Source of the DNA: the human T2T-CHM13v2.0 reference genome, Homo sapiens
Length of the DNA stretch: 64,000 nt
Direction: 5' to 3' (one strand)
Assembly (NCBI RefSeq): GCF_009914755.1
Contig: NC_060946.1
The position numbers and the translations under genes are program-made. The notes below the pieces were generated by a model. It was not told the DNA's origin, did not search any database, and saw nothing but the letters and a program-made list of their open reading frames with translations. Positions 1 through 38,069 of the stretch are shown piece after piece (the first letter of the stretch is position 1; every line of letters begins with the position of its first letter).

Positions 1-2200
<2,200 letters not shown>

Positions 2201-3029
2201 TCAACTAAATACCATTACCAGAGAAGACAGCAGCAAAATAAACAGTGCTTGCTTATAGTAAATGCCCAATCGATGTTTTTGAATTGAAATAAAGAAAATA
2301 TATCACACATATTAAACAGTGAGCTACACTTATAGGATCCTATATTAATAGGATCTGATAAACTATTCACAAGCATATATATTCTATATATGTGGTGAAA
2401 AATAATTCTTCCTTTTCCCTCTGCAACAGAAATACCTGAACAGAATGCTTTATCCATTTTGGAATCAACACATTAAAAAACTTATAAAGCTAATCAATAG
2501 GAATTTTAAGGATTCAGAAGATTACTGAGATTATTATAAAGGAAAGAAAAATGCTCAAAAAAGAACTGGATAGTTTTACTAAAAAGCATGTATATATAAA
2601 TACAGAGTGATTATTACCATCATGATGATCATCACATTAATAACCATGATGTATTAAATAACTTGTATATAAAAAACTCTGTGCTACGTGCCTAACATTT
2701 TATTTAATCCTCACTACAACACTTCAAGATATGTAATGTTAACCCAGATACAAATGGAAAAATGGAAGCTTAGGGAGGTATAGCAACCTGTCAAAGACTT
2801 CAGCTAATAAGGAGGAACAAACCTAGATTGAATTCCAAAGTACTAGCAGACTTCACTTCACATGCGTATTATGCCAATATACATGAATTTCAGTTATCAC
2901 AATTAAATAACACCAGTCCCCTAACAACACAATTCAAATTTCAGTTACCACTGTACATCAATTGACATAAATGAGGAGGAAGAAAAAAGGAAAAGGAGAG
3001 CATGTTTGTCAGCAGAATAGTAAGAAATA

Positions 3030-4643
<1,614 letters not shown>

Positions 4644-4866
4644 TAAAGGAAGAAATGTGACCACTGGAGCAGAATCTTGACTATCAATCCAACTGACAAC
4701 ACTGAGCAACAAAAGATTTTGAACAAGAACAATGTTACAATAAAAGGTTATCACAACAAAGTAAGAATGAAACTATAAGAACCTGAACTATAATACTGGC
4801 TCTGTTAGGTTGGTGCTAATAGAAACAAACTGTGTAAGATATATATGAAATACATTTAAGAAAAAA

Positions 4867-5225
4867 GGCTGGGCCTCATGGCTCATGACTATAATCCCAG
4901 CACTTCAGGAGGCCAAGGCAGAAGAATCATCTGAGTCCAGGAGTTTGAGACCAGCCTGGGCAACACAGCAAGACCCTACCACTAAAAAAAAATAATAATA
5001 ATAAAAAAAATAAAAAGTTTAAAAAAAATAGCTAGGTATGATGGCACATGCCTGTAGTCCCAGCTACTCAGGAGGCTGAGGCAGGGGGATCACCTGAGCC
5101 CAGGAGTTCAAAACTGTAGTGAGCCATGATGGCACTGCTGCACTCCAGCCTGGGTGACAGAGCAAGACTGTCTCTTAAAAAAAAAAAAAAAAAAAAGAAA
5201 GAAAGAAAGAAAAGAAAAGAAAAAG
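4867..5225 (+). mobile_element. AluJ-like element with GAAA tail
   Basis: Alu consensus motifs. Confidence 0.88.
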
Positions 5226-5389
5226 AGTATGAAGGAATTATTTACCAATTTGATGCAGAGAATGAAAATGAAATAAGATAAATATCTTAAATGTATGAGA
5301 CTAGCTAACTGGAAGAAATGAACCTAGTGGGAGAACTCAAAACATCAAGAGAATCATTAAATCACTGAAAATATATCACTTTTACTTCC

Positions 5390-9600
<4,211 letters not shown>

Positions 9601-10826
9601 AAACATCTAGCATGCAGCTGGAGATAAGGTACCTGCAGACTGAACTCATTGCTTTTGTGGGTTCCCATAGTGCTTTGTTCATACCTCTTTTACAGCCCAT
9701 ATCACATCAAAATCATTTTCTCATTTAGATAAAACAGACATGTATAAAAAATTCTCCATCTAGTCTCTGGAGCCTTTAGATCCTTACATAAAAAATTAAT
9801 ACTTATGGAGAGAGACAGAAATTGGAAGGTAGCTTTTCACACATCAGACTAGACAAAAATATTTCAGATAAAGACTTTAGAAAAGCAAAGCATTATAATA
9901 AAAAGCCAGAGTAGAAAAGCAAAAATTAAAAGAAAAAGGAATTGACAAAATTTCACCAGATATACATTTATAACAAGAAAATGTAAGTGAATCTTCTTTT
10001 ACCTAATGAGTATATGCCTAGAAAAATAAGTATAAAATCAAGATTTTATAAAAGGAAACATTCTTTTGCAGTACTGAACATTTCTTTATAAATTAATTTT
10101 ATTATCATACTACCTCAAAAGAACCTTTTGTGATTTCAATTTTGAACTCTATATTTTATATACTTTAAATGTTCCTAAATTAGGTTTGCTTAAAGCCAAA
10201 TATAGAACTAAAATATTAATGTAAAATGGACTATACAATAACTTCACTTACTGTGAAGAGAAAAAATCAGAAACCAATAATATAAATTATCCTAAAAGGG
10301 TGATTATTTTTTGTCTATAATAATAAAAGTACACTTTTTAAAAGCCATTTTTGGGGTGTAGAAGTCACAAGAAGTGCCAGGAGAAGTAGAAATGATAAAG
10401 AAAAATGAAAAAGATAAAAGTTTAAAGGCGTTCACAAATATAGGAAAAACACAAGTGGATCAAAAAAGGACAAGAATTGATACTTAATTTGAAAATTAAG
10501 CTCTCCATATTTATAAGGCTCACTGCATCAATTACAGGTTTAAAGAGAGAGAGAGACAGAGGCAGATATATATGCAAAACCTTGCTAGAATAATCTACTA
10601 ATTCAAACCTTCAGTAAAAATGTCACAATCATAGCTATTACTTACCAAACATCTACTATGTACAAGTTAAAAATTATCTCCAATCCTTAAGCAACAATCT
10701 TCCAAGATAGGTATTATTATTATTCCCATTTATCTTAACTTCAGAGAGGTTAAGAGATTACTCAAAACCATATTGTCATTAATGGAGGAACAGGAATGTG
10801 AACCTAGGTTTATGCTTTGAAAATAG

Positions 10827-11629
<803 letters not shown>

Positions 11630-11759
11630 CTTCAGCATATTATTAATAAGACATTAGGAAACTATTTTAAATCTCTAGGAAATATCCATTAACCTTTGTT
11701 AATGGGATGAAATGGTTTTGTGGTTCTATAGAAAATATCTCAAATACTTCAATCACATC

Positions 11760-12060
11760 TCTTTTTATTGTATGTATTTAAGGTATACAACATGATATTT
11801 TTGCTTACTTATATGAAGTGAAGTAATTATTGTAGTCGAATTAATATATTCATCATCTCACATAGTAACCCTTTTTGTGTGTGTTTGTGTCATAAGAGAA
11901 CCTAAAATCTACTCTTAGCAATTATCCCTAATACAATATTATTAACTATAGTCCTCATGTGGTGCATTAGATCTCTAGAATTATTCATCCTATATATCTG
12001 CAACTTTATATCCTTGGATCTACATTCTCCCATTTCGCCCCTCTCCTATCCCCCACCCTC
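11760..12060 (-). mobile_element. L1MA 3' end fragment
   Basis: TATTAACTATAGTCCTCATG...TTAGATCTCTAGAA motif. Confidence 0.7.
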
Positions 12061-12092
12061 TATGCTTCAGGAGCATCTTAAGAAATTGTTTC

Positions 12093-12416
12093 TGCTGGGC
12101 AAGGTGGCTCACACTTTTATCCCAGCACTTCGGGAGACCGAGGCAGGCAGATTGCTTGAGCTCAGGAGTTCGAGACCAGCCTGGGCAACATGGTGAAACC
12201 CTCTTTCTATAAAAAATACAAAAATTAGCCGGGCATGATGGCACATACCTGTAGTCCCAGCTACTCAGGAGGCAGAGGTTGCAGTGAGTCAAGATTGCAC
12301 CACTGCACTCCAGCCTTGGTGACAGAGTAAGACCTTGTCTCAGAAAGAAAAAAGGAAAAAGGAAAAAAGAAAAGGAAAGGAAAGGAAAAGAAAAGAAAGG
12401 AAAGGAAAAGAAAGGA
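12093..12416 (+). mobile_element. Alu with (GAAAA/GGAAA)n tail
   Basis: Alu consensus; purine microsatellite 12342-12416. Confidence 0.9.
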
Positions 12417-12985
12417 ATTGTTTCTAAAAGAAACTAGGGGTTAGGTTAGGAGTATGCACACTGAAAATAAAGTATATATAATAAAAAACAAAGATAGTAA
12501 CTTAAGGGGACTATTCAAGGGAATACAGATAATTACAATGCTTTATTAGAAAAAACAGAAATTTCCCTGATTAAATACCATTCTGAAAATAAACAGTCAT
12601 TGACAGAGAATGAAATTAATTATTTTAAATTGAAGGAAAGAAACATCATCATACTTCATCTAAAATATTCATTCAAAAAGAGATGTTCCAAAACCTATAT
12701 AAAGAACTAGAATGTATCTTACTTATCAAGCGGCACAGATAAAAAAAAATTTAAATCTCACACATACAGGAAAAGAATTAAACTTGCACATGGAAAGCAT
12801 GCTACAAAAAAACAAAGGAAGCTTTTCGCTAGTGTACCAGCTCAAGGAAGTCATTTTATATTTTGCTGAAGTACAGATTATTAAAATATTAGTAAGTACA
12901 CTAAATCAACAAAATATTACATTAAAGTAAGAAGCCAGGACAAAAGATTCTATGAAAATAAATCTTCATAGGTAAAAATTTCTAC

Positions 12986-13264
12986 CTTTGGCCACTTGGG
13001 ATTGAGAAGTCGAGCTTTGATTGCATCATCCAGTGCCTTGTCATACTGCTGGATTTTCATGTAGGCTGCAGATCTATTGCTGTATAAGATGCAGTTCTGA
13101 GGGTCAACAGCCAGGGCTTCATTATACAGAACAATAGCTGTGTGGAAATCTCCATCATGACAGGCCTGATTACTCTGACGAACTTTCTCAACAAATTCAG
13201 CTTTGCTCAGTACCGGTCCATCAGGACTTCTCTGGCCAATAGTGTCAGCACCAAAGAGAGGAAT
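12986..13264 (-). CDS. TTC28: TTC28 coding exon 2 (93 aa, IPLFGADTIG...AIVLYNEALAVDPQNCILYSNRSAAYMKIQQYDKALDDAIKARLLNPKWPK), TPR motifs
   Basis: Pyrimidine tract plus AG acceptor (gtttctttgtttgtag|ATT), AAG|GTAGAA donor, 279 nt with no stop; TPR signature YNEALAVDP / LYSNRSAAY / ALDDAIKA..LNPKW. Confidence 0.95.
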
Positions 13265-13322
13265 CTACAAACAAAGAAACTTTATCAGAAAAAGTTCAGA
13301 TAATCCAGATGGGTTCCCCATC

Positions 13323-14087
13323 TGCTAAGATTTGGATGTCTGTCCCCTCCAGTTGCACATTAAAATGTGATCCCCAGTATTGGAGGTGGGGCCTAATGGG
13401 AGGTGTTTAGGTCATAGGAGTAAATCCCTCATGAACAGATTAATGCCCTCCCCTGGGGGTGAGGGAATTCTTACTCTATTATTTCCAGTGAGAGCCGGTT
13501 GTTAAGAGACCTGCCACTAGCCCCTCTCTCTCTCTTGCTTCCTCTCACTTTGTGATCTCTGCATGCACAAGCCAGCTCCCCTTTGCCTTCTGCCATGAGT
13601 GGAAGCAGCTTAATGCCCTCACCAGATACAGATGCCTAATCCTGAACTTTCCAATCATCAAAATCATAAGCCAAATAACCCTTTTTTATTTATAGATTAC
13701 TCAGCCTCAGGTATTTATTTTTTACTCTTATTTTTTTTCAGATGAGGTCTCACTCTGTAACCCAGGCTACAGTGTAGTGGCACAAGTCACTGCACTGTTG
13801 AGGTTCACTGCAGCCTCAAGCTCCAGGCACAAGCAATCTTCTTGCCTCAGCCTTTTGAGTAGTTGGAAGCAGAGGCACATGCCACGGCATGCAGCTAATT
13901 TTTTTTGGTGTTTTTGTTGTTGTTGTTTTTGTAGAGACAGGATTTCACTATGTTGCCCAGGTTGATTTTGAACTACTAGCCTCAAGAGATCTTTCCACTT
14001 CAGCCTCCCAAAATGCTGGGATTACAGGCATCAGTTGCTGCACCTGGCCAAATATTCCTTTATAGCCACACAAAACAGACTAAGACA
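13323..14087 (+). mobile_element. MST-family MaLR solo LTR with an inserted Alu (13731-14049, -)
   Basis: TG...CA ends, GGAGGTGGGGCCTAATGGGAGGTG, terminal AACAGACTAAGACA; ~5-bp TSD CCATC/TCATC. Confidence 0.8.
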
Positions 14088-14406
14088 TCATCTGAACCTC
14101 AATAAACACAAACATTCTTCATGATCTGCTCTACATTATATTTAACTTTTGTGCCCTGGAAGACAATAATCTTCTCTCAAAGCAGCCAACAAAGGGCCTT
14201 GCATGCATATGTGTATATGTATGTTTAATAGTTACATACATGTATATTTGTATTTGTATTTGTTGAATGAATAAATGCAAAAGAGTACTCAGGTTTTTCC
14301 TTGGCAATTTAAAGTTATATACTATGGAAAAAATAAAATACAAACATATATGGACACTATAATCTCAACTATGTTAAGACAATTGCACTTAAAATAATGC
14401 TGAAAA

Positions 14407-16007
<1,601 letters not shown>

Positions 16008-16276
16008 TAATTATTACAATATGTAAGACTGATTTCATTTTGGAAAATATGATCATCATGGTTCTGCTTAAGGTCAATAATACCATAAGTTATAGAAACA
16101 AATTCTGTATCTGAAAATTCAGGGGCATGACATAAAAATAGCAAGTAAAGACTTTTAAAGTAAGATAAACTGTTAGATTCATAAGTAGCCTGTAAGTTAT
16201 TAAAAAAAAAAAAAGGAGAAGAAGAAGAATCCTACTATTACAGTATTCCCTACTTCTCATAAAGAATTGCAGAGTA

Positions 16277-17070
<794 letters not shown>

Positions 17071-17662
17071 TAATGGCAGAGTAATAATTTTGGTTCAATG
17101 CCAACACAGATAAGAATCAAATTAAGAAGAGAAATCATCTTCATTCTATTACCTCCATGTACAGTAATATAAAGTAACATTTCCCAAAATATATTCTAAG
17201 GAAAACTTAGGTCCTCAGGAGACAAGGATGAACAACGTTAAATAAATCTCTTCTTTAGTGAAATATCTCTCACAGATCTTATTTTGCACACTGTGAATCT
17301 GAGAGGGGGAAATACCATACATTATAAGATCAAATCACCTTTATAGTGAAGGATCTGGCAAGTCCAGAAATTGCTCGAAACACTGATGTAAACCATTACT
17401 AAGGCCTCTAAGAGCAAAGAAAATACCATGGATGAGTCAGTACTAGTGCAGAAAGATTCTAAATACTAGAGGAGAACTCTAGTATTTAGAATTAGTAGTA
17501 GTTAACCAAATGTTCACAAAACACCATCAAATGTTCACAAATTTAAAAGAAAAATGCGCTGTAGTAAGTGCTCCACAGAAGCTTCTAATTTGTCAAAATA
17601 TATCTGTGTCTACTCAGCTGGATACTGTGTGGTTGTTAGAAAGCTAAGAAACAGAAATTTCT

Positions 17663-18825
<1,163 letters not shown>

Positions 18826-19086
18826 TTACTCATTTACTTAGATTAACCATTATTTATTCCCTCATGAGTTCCAAAATAGAGAAAAATATTTTGACTGAAT
18901 TTCATATACATATAGCATAGGGATGTCAACATATATTAACATTGCTGATATTTTCCTCTGATCCTCTGACAAATTCATCTTAAAAGGGTAGAGGGAGTGT
19001 CAGTAACATGTGAGCCAAATGGGCTCAATATATGCAGCCACATATAATTACTACATACATAGTATAATTCCAGTCCTGTTATAAAT

Positions 19087-21690
<2,604 letters not shown>

Positions 21691-22908
21691 TATTATAAAT
21701 TTTGATTATTCAAATGATATATAAAAAAACTTATCCCCTCTATATAAAAAATCACAGGTAATTCAAATAATTAAATATTTTGAAATAAAATTATAAAATA
21801 TTAAAAGGAAAGAATCTTTTATTATGTAGAACTGAGTCCTAAGTACAACACATAAGCCACAAAACAGAATAGAAAAGACAGATAAATATGACAACATAAA
21901 AAATTTTAATGTCTGCATGGAAAATATGGATTAAGACCAAAAAGATTAGTAACAAATCGGTTAAAAAAATGCAACACATGATAAATGGCTAGTTTTCTTA
22001 GTATGGATAAAGCTCCTACAAATCAGTAATAAAATGCACAAACAATTCAATGGAAAAAATGGACAAAGGACATACACAGACAAATCACAAAAAAAGGAAC
22101 TCCATGTGGCTTTTAAACACATTTTTTTAAATGTCTGACCTCAGTTATTTTAAAAGAAAATTAAAACTTAAAGACAATATTTTTTTACCTCCCCTACTAT
22201 CAGAAATAAAAAATTAGCAATACATTTTGTTGGTTAAGGGGGTAAGGAAAAAGTTATACCCATACATTCATACATTATTGGTAGAAGGGGAGGTCTCGCT
22301 ATATTGCCCAAGCAGGTCTCAAACTCCTAGGCTCAAGCTATCCTCCCACCTCTCACTACCTAAGAGTTGGGATTACAGGCCTGAGCCACCAAGCCTTGCC
22401 TGATACAATTTCTTACAGAACAATTTGGGAACATCTACAAAAATGTAAAAGTTGCATAACCTTTCAATTCTAGAAATTTTCTCCACTTCTGGTAATTTAT
22501 CTTATAGATGCACTTACATGTGTAAACAAAATAACATATATTAATACAAGGATAGTCATAATAGCATCATTTGTATTAGCATGATGTTAGAAATAATTTA
22601 AATGTTAGACAACAGGAAAATGGATAAGCACAGGGCTTTGCAAGGCATAAATTTTATTAGATCCATGTAATTATTATAAATCCAGCCAAAAGAATAAGAA
22701 AGATTTTATACGCTGATATAGATAGAAAAAAATCAAAAGGCAGAAGAAATTGTATCAGTTTACACTTCTACCAACAATTTATGAGTGTAACTTTTTCCTT
22801 ACCCCCTCTCCATTCACCAAGCTATTCTTACGCCTAGAGAGTAGGATCTTTTTCAAATTCACACAAAGATGCCATATGGATGAGCAAAGGCATATGTTAG
22901 TTGTGTAC

Positions 22909-23256
22909 TGATATGGTTTGGCTGTGTCCCCACCCAAGTCTCATCTTGAATTCCCATGTGTTGTGGGAGGGATTCCATGGAAGGTAACTGAATCATGGGA
23001 GCCAGTCTTTCCCATGCTGTTGTTGTGATAGTAAGTCTCACAAGATCTGACGGTTTTAAAAATGGGAGTTTTTCTGCACAAGCTCTCTCTTTGCCTGCTG
23101 TCATCCATGTAAGATGTGACTTCCTCCTTGCTTTCCACCATGATTGTGAGGACTCCACAGCCAGGTGAAACTGTGAGTCCAATTAAACCTCTTTCTTTTG
23201 TAAATTGCCCAGTTTCGGGTATGTCTTCATCAGCAGCATGAAAACGGACTAATACA
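22909..23256 (+). mobile_element. THE1 solo LTR
   Basis: TGATATGGTTTGGCTGTGTCCCCACCC...AAAACGGACTAATACA; TSD TGTAC/TGTAT. Confidence 0.92.
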
Positions 23257-23259
23257 TGT

Positions 23260-25330
<2,071 letters not shown>

Positions 25331-26223
25331 GATAATAAATGGAGCTAAAGTTCTCTAAGAAAGTATTTCCCAAACCTTAGTGTACGTATAAATTACCCAT
25401 TCTGATTCAATAGGTTTGGAACAGGGCTTGAGATTCTGCATTTAACAAGCTCCTGATGGCTTAGATGTTGCTCATCTATACATGACACACCATATCAAGG
25501 TTTTAAGTTTCTAGCAGAATCTGTTAAGTAGTAAAACTATTACTTTTATTAGACCATATTGAGTCAAGAATGCATGTTGTAATCACTAAGGAAATAACAG
25601 GAGTAAAAAACAAGTTAATTTAGAAAAATAAAATCATTTTTAAATTTGATTAATAAAAAAAAAAAAAAGTAGGGGGAGGAAAGGGAACATTAAAACAAGT
25701 GGGTAATGTAAAAGTTAAACTCCTAAAAGAAAATAGGAAAAGTTTTGTGAACTTAGGTTAGGCAAAGATTTCTTGGCCAGAATACAGTAAGATTATCTGT
25801 ATGCCAGGTACTCTCCTAGACACTAGAGATAAACCCTGTGAATAGATAATAACAGTATAAGCTGTTTGCCGTTTAAAAAAAAAAACAACAAAAAAAAAAC
25901 ACTAGCTTCGCCTGTGAAAGGCCCAAGCAGTTTATTTTACCTGGCAAAGCCCTGTGCTTAAGAGGTGAATCCTCCTAACCAGGCTGCAACTATTCAAACC
26001 AGTGATCCCAACTGGGATCCTCCAGATCAAAGAAAGATGGCTAATCAAAAGAAAGTAAAGAAGTTGGCCATGCAGATACATATGGAATTAGGTCTCTAGA
26101 GAAAACAAAATTAAGGCAATAAGGACCAGGCATGTTTCAGAAACAGCAAAGAGGTCAGTGTGAAAGAGGTGAGGGTACAAAGTAAAAGGTCAGAGAGGTA
26201 ACTGGGGCCCAGTGTGTTTAGAT

Positions 26224-26762
26224 CTGCACTGCCCAATACAGGAGCCATTAGCAATATGTGGTCGTTTAATTTTTTATTTTACTTAAATAAAATTAAAGAT
26301 TCAGTTCCTCAGATGTATTAGCCACAGTGCAAGTGCTCAATAGCCACATGGTAGCTAGTGGCTACCAGATTGGAGAGTGCAGATAGAGAACATTTTTTAT
26401 TCTTATTTTTTTTTCCTAAAGAGACAGGGTCTCAGCCCAGGCTGGAGTGCAGTGGCTATTCACCATTCACAGGTGTGATCCCACTATTGATCAGCAGAGG
26501 AGTTTTGACCTGTTTTCTTTCTGACCTGGGCTGGTTCACCCTCCTTAGGCAATCTGGTGGTCCCCGCTCCCAGGAGGTCACCATATTGACGCTGAACTTA
26601 ATGTGGACACCATCATAGCGTACTATAACCTACAACTCCTAGGTTCAAGCAACCCTCCTGCCTCAGCCTCCCAAGCAGCTGGGACTACAGGCACGTGCCA
26701 CTGCGTCTGGCATAGATAAAGAACATTTCTATCATCACAGAAAGTACTATTGGACAGAGCTG
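26224..26762 (-). mobile_element. MER3 (hAT) element split by a 7SL retrocopy
   Basis: GCTCAATAGCCACATG...GCTAGTGGCTACC and terminal CTATTGGACAG. Confidence 0.75.
26420..26711 (-). pseudogene. 7SL (SRP RNA) retropseudogene
   Basis: Alu-like ends plus central S domain (GGTTCACCCTCCTTAGGCAA...CCCAGGAGGTCACCATATTGA); T-rich tail at ~26393-26414; TSD-like ATARAGAACATTT. Confidence 0.9.
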
Positions 26763-27558
26763 GTTTAGAGCTTTTGTAGGCTGTCATAAAGATACATAGA
26801 GAAGCTAATATAAGAGTGTAAGAAAGAACTAGACACACAACAAGAGGTTAGCAACTCTCAGAATGGCCAAACCCTGAAGCACAATTGCCATTGATCCTTC
26901 AATAAATTCCCAGTCCTTGGGTCAATTAAGTGAATACTTCTCAAACGTTTCCTTAAAATTATCTTAGTAGGCATCCTTGAAAAGGTATTCCATGGTCAAA
27001 CAATTTGGGGAAAATTAATGTAAATTATTTGGGAGAAATTCCTCACCCACATCTTTGAAAAAATTATTTCTTAAGATTTGAAACTTCTTTTAGCTGATTC
27101 TAGGTCAATAGTTGCCAGTTCTTTCAAATAATTACTAAGAAAACAGATTTTGTTACTGTAGGTTTTCCTTAGAGACTTTAATATGTTAACGTATATTGTG
27201 AGTCTCCAAGAATTACATAGACTATACACTGCATCCAAATAAGGATAAGAATTATTATAATTATTGAGTACTTAATATGTCCCTGGCACAGTTCTAAGTA
27301 CTTTACATATGTTAGCTGATTTACTCTTCACAAAACTCTATAAGATAGGTACTATTATTATCTCTAGTAGGGGAAGAAACAAGGCACAAAAAGGTTAAAT
27401 AACTTTACTATCAAAAGGTGAGGGTGTGAAAGTGTAACAGGGTAGTATGCAGTAGAGGTGATTCAAACCCTTGTGCAGGCTGGCTCTGGAGTCCATGCTC
27501 TTAACCATTTTATACTTTTCAGAATTATTTGAATATCTACTATGATAATACAGAACTT

Positions 27559-28660
<1,102 letters not shown>

Positions 28661-28672
28661 ATGCTCCAGTTC

Positions 28673-32855
<4,183 letters not shown>

Positions 32856-34352
32856 AAATGATCCAGTTCCCAGTTTATAGTTTTTATAACCTGCTGAGGT
32901 TTTGTTTGTTTTAAGAAAGGCTAGGTCATATCACCTGCAAACTGCATTGACTTGTTAATTTCCATGGTTTCATGCCCATGAATAATAGAATCTTAACTAC
33001 AAACTATTCAATATAAACTCTAATCTGGAGATTTACCAAAACATAATTGTGATATTCTAGCCTTTGTATCTCTACAGTGTTCTCTTGAGATGGTTACAAG
33101 TAAGTCACTACCATTTTATATGGTAAATAGCCAACTTCTTTTAAGGCTAATGGAGAAAATCATTTGGCTTGTTCAGTTATAATGACAGATTCAAATATAC
33201 AAGGTCAAAATTAATTATTAAAATTTCAAATTCAACCAAGTTACAAATACATGCAATTTGAATGCTTAACACATAAGCATGAATAATTTATGTTATATGC
33301 CATTAAATTTTAAAAGCATTGTTTTTCAGCTCTTATGATAAATAATAAAAATCCCTGAGGCAATTACTGATCTCTGAACTTATTGGTACTGTCACACCTT
33401 CTTTTTTTGATAGGCTTTGTGAGAGGGGAACCAGTGAAATCAAAACCACTAAAGGACCCTGTTCCTATTAAAATATCAATTTTTGTGAAGGTATAATCAT
33501 GACTGTCATACAAGCATAAAATGAACACACATCAAAGACTTTAACTCATTAATTAATGAGTGATCCAGTAAGATATTACAACTAGTTCAGAGGAGAATTC
33601 CAAGTACCACACATGAAAAGGCAATCAGGAATGCTGAAATGAATTTCTAAATACTAGATGCACAACTGGCCTTTGCAGGGGAGAAGAAAAGGAAAATTGA
33701 TCACCCTTCCATTTGGAAAGAATAATTTGCGTGCCTATGGACAAGAATCACTTATACTGCTATCAATTATCTACGATGTACAAAAATAGAAAATAGCTCA
33801 AAGACAATGAAAGGTGCAAATCTCTTAGAATTGGATAAAACAGAAGGATAAACTGCATTCCAGACCACCCAGTTTTCCACTGAAGATACCCAGTAATCTT
33901 TTCGAGTCTTTCACAATTTTTTCTGACAGCCTCAAAGTGCAATATGCTAGAATCAGGGATAAGCTATTTTTTATAAAATAAATATGATCAAAAGAAACCT
34001 GCCATGAGATAATTAGAAGGAAGTGGTGCTAGAAATGAACACAAACACAAAACACAGCATGAACCTAGGAATGCATAATTAATGCAAATATAACTATTTT
34101 CAGCATCATCCAAGGGAGAGAGAAACCTAGGTCTAACTATACAAGCATAGGATTCTAAACTTCACAGTCACCAGCACTCTTACAAGACCTTTATTTTACA
34201 TCAATATAAGAGTCAAGGTTGTCAGGGATGATCTATGATCTCCTGACTGTTCTGTGAGGTATAAAACAAGGTAGTAGTCTAACCTCTCCTCTCATTCCCA
34301 TTTTTTAAAACTTAGGTCTTAGAATCTGAAACAACTTTTACAAGATCTAGAA

Positions 34353-34561
34353 CAGGAGTCAGCAAATGTTAGGTGTGAGTCAAATCTAGCCTGCTGCCTG
34401 TTTTTGGAAATACAGTTTTACTGGAACACAGCCATATCCATTCAGTTACCTGTTATCTATGGCTGTTTTGTGCTACAGTGGTGGGACTCAGTAGCTGCAA
34501 CATAGACCATATAGCCCACAAAGCATCATCTAGCCCTTTATAGAAAGTATGCCAACCTCTG
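34353..34561 (+). mobile_element. MER58A-like DNA transposon
   Basis: CAAATCTAGCCTGCTGCCTGTTTTTG...TTTTACTGGAACACAGCCA. Confidence 0.75.
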
Positions 34562-34611
34562 ATCTAGCTCAACAGTTGCCAATATGTACTTTCAAGTCTC
34601 TTGATCTCTTT

Positions 34612-35644
<1,033 letters not shown>

Positions 35645-36465
35645 TAAAAAACAGAAGCATATATGTGAAAAAGTTATTTTATTTACCCAGTCTACAGATA
35701 ATGCTTGGTGTACATGTGAACTGAACCATGGGCTCTGTTTGGAGTCCCCAAAACCTAGGAAGCAGTGATCTGGTTCAAGTTGCCTTGCTACAGAGAATAA
35801 AAGCTTATGCTGGTTAATCAATTCTGCAATCTAATTCTAATTGCTGTCAGAAATAATGGCTTGACAGCAACTACTGTACTGTTTTTGCCAGACATCTTCA
35901 AAAATCTCAATAATCTTAGTCTATTTAGTTATTTAAAGGAACATCAATGATAATACAATCTGACAAATTCAAAGGGAAGTTATATTGCTCAGAACTAAAT
36001 GTCTATGGAAACATTTTGAGATTTTGTTCCACAGGTAATACAGATGTCTGGTAACACCAGTCTAGAAATTTTTCAGACCAAAATCTTCTTAGCTGTTTTT
36101 ATTGCAAAGCTTTGAGAATATAATTTGTTCCAGGCTGAAACAACAAATATTTCTTCAAAAAAATCTAGTTTTGCCTGCAGGTACTCCCTGAACCTGTTCT
36201 GTAAGCCAGCAGGATGGTCCTTCAATCAGATGAGACACCAGGTTAAGCATCTCAATATTACAAAAGGAAACTGACAGCATCTTTACCATTTGCCCAACTG
36301 ATCCCTATTGTATAAATATGCACTCAGTATATACCACAGAATACCTATACTCCAAGCCCTCACCAGAAAATGCCACTTTATATCATTTCCTGTTCTGAAA
36401 GGTTTTCCTTTCATTTACCTAAATCTGCCTCCCTAAAACTCCCATTGATCTGAGTTTTGTGCTTG

Positions 36466-37328
<863 letters not shown>

Positions 37329-37725
37329 TGTCCGAAAATGACGTAAGAAGACACTTAAGTCTTCTGTCTTCAGATATTGTGCACTCTCAAATGTCTTGTA
37401 TGCCTCTGTAACATCTATGGTTTAGGACTATTGTGTGCTGAACTTCCGTTCTTACAACATTCCTTTTTTCACTTGGGAGAAAAAATGAGAGAGAAGAGAG
37501 AAGGATAGATGAGGACATTATAAAGGGATTGGCTAGATAAGCTAGTCAGAGTACCTGTTCATTTGTCTTTGATAAGCTGTAGCTCTCCCACCATTTCTCC
37601 ATTTAAAAGCCCAAGTGCCCTCAGTTACTTGTGAGGGCTAAAAGGCAGCAATCTAATAAGTCCTTAATTAAGGACTATGTACACCCAAGGCAGCTTATGC
37701 CTTCTCAGAACTGAGATTCTGCTAA

Positions 37726-38069
<344 letters not shown>

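Noticed and set aside
33400-34000. Segment resembling an old DNA transposon
   Set aside because: I could not identify termini or family reliably; needs a Dfam search
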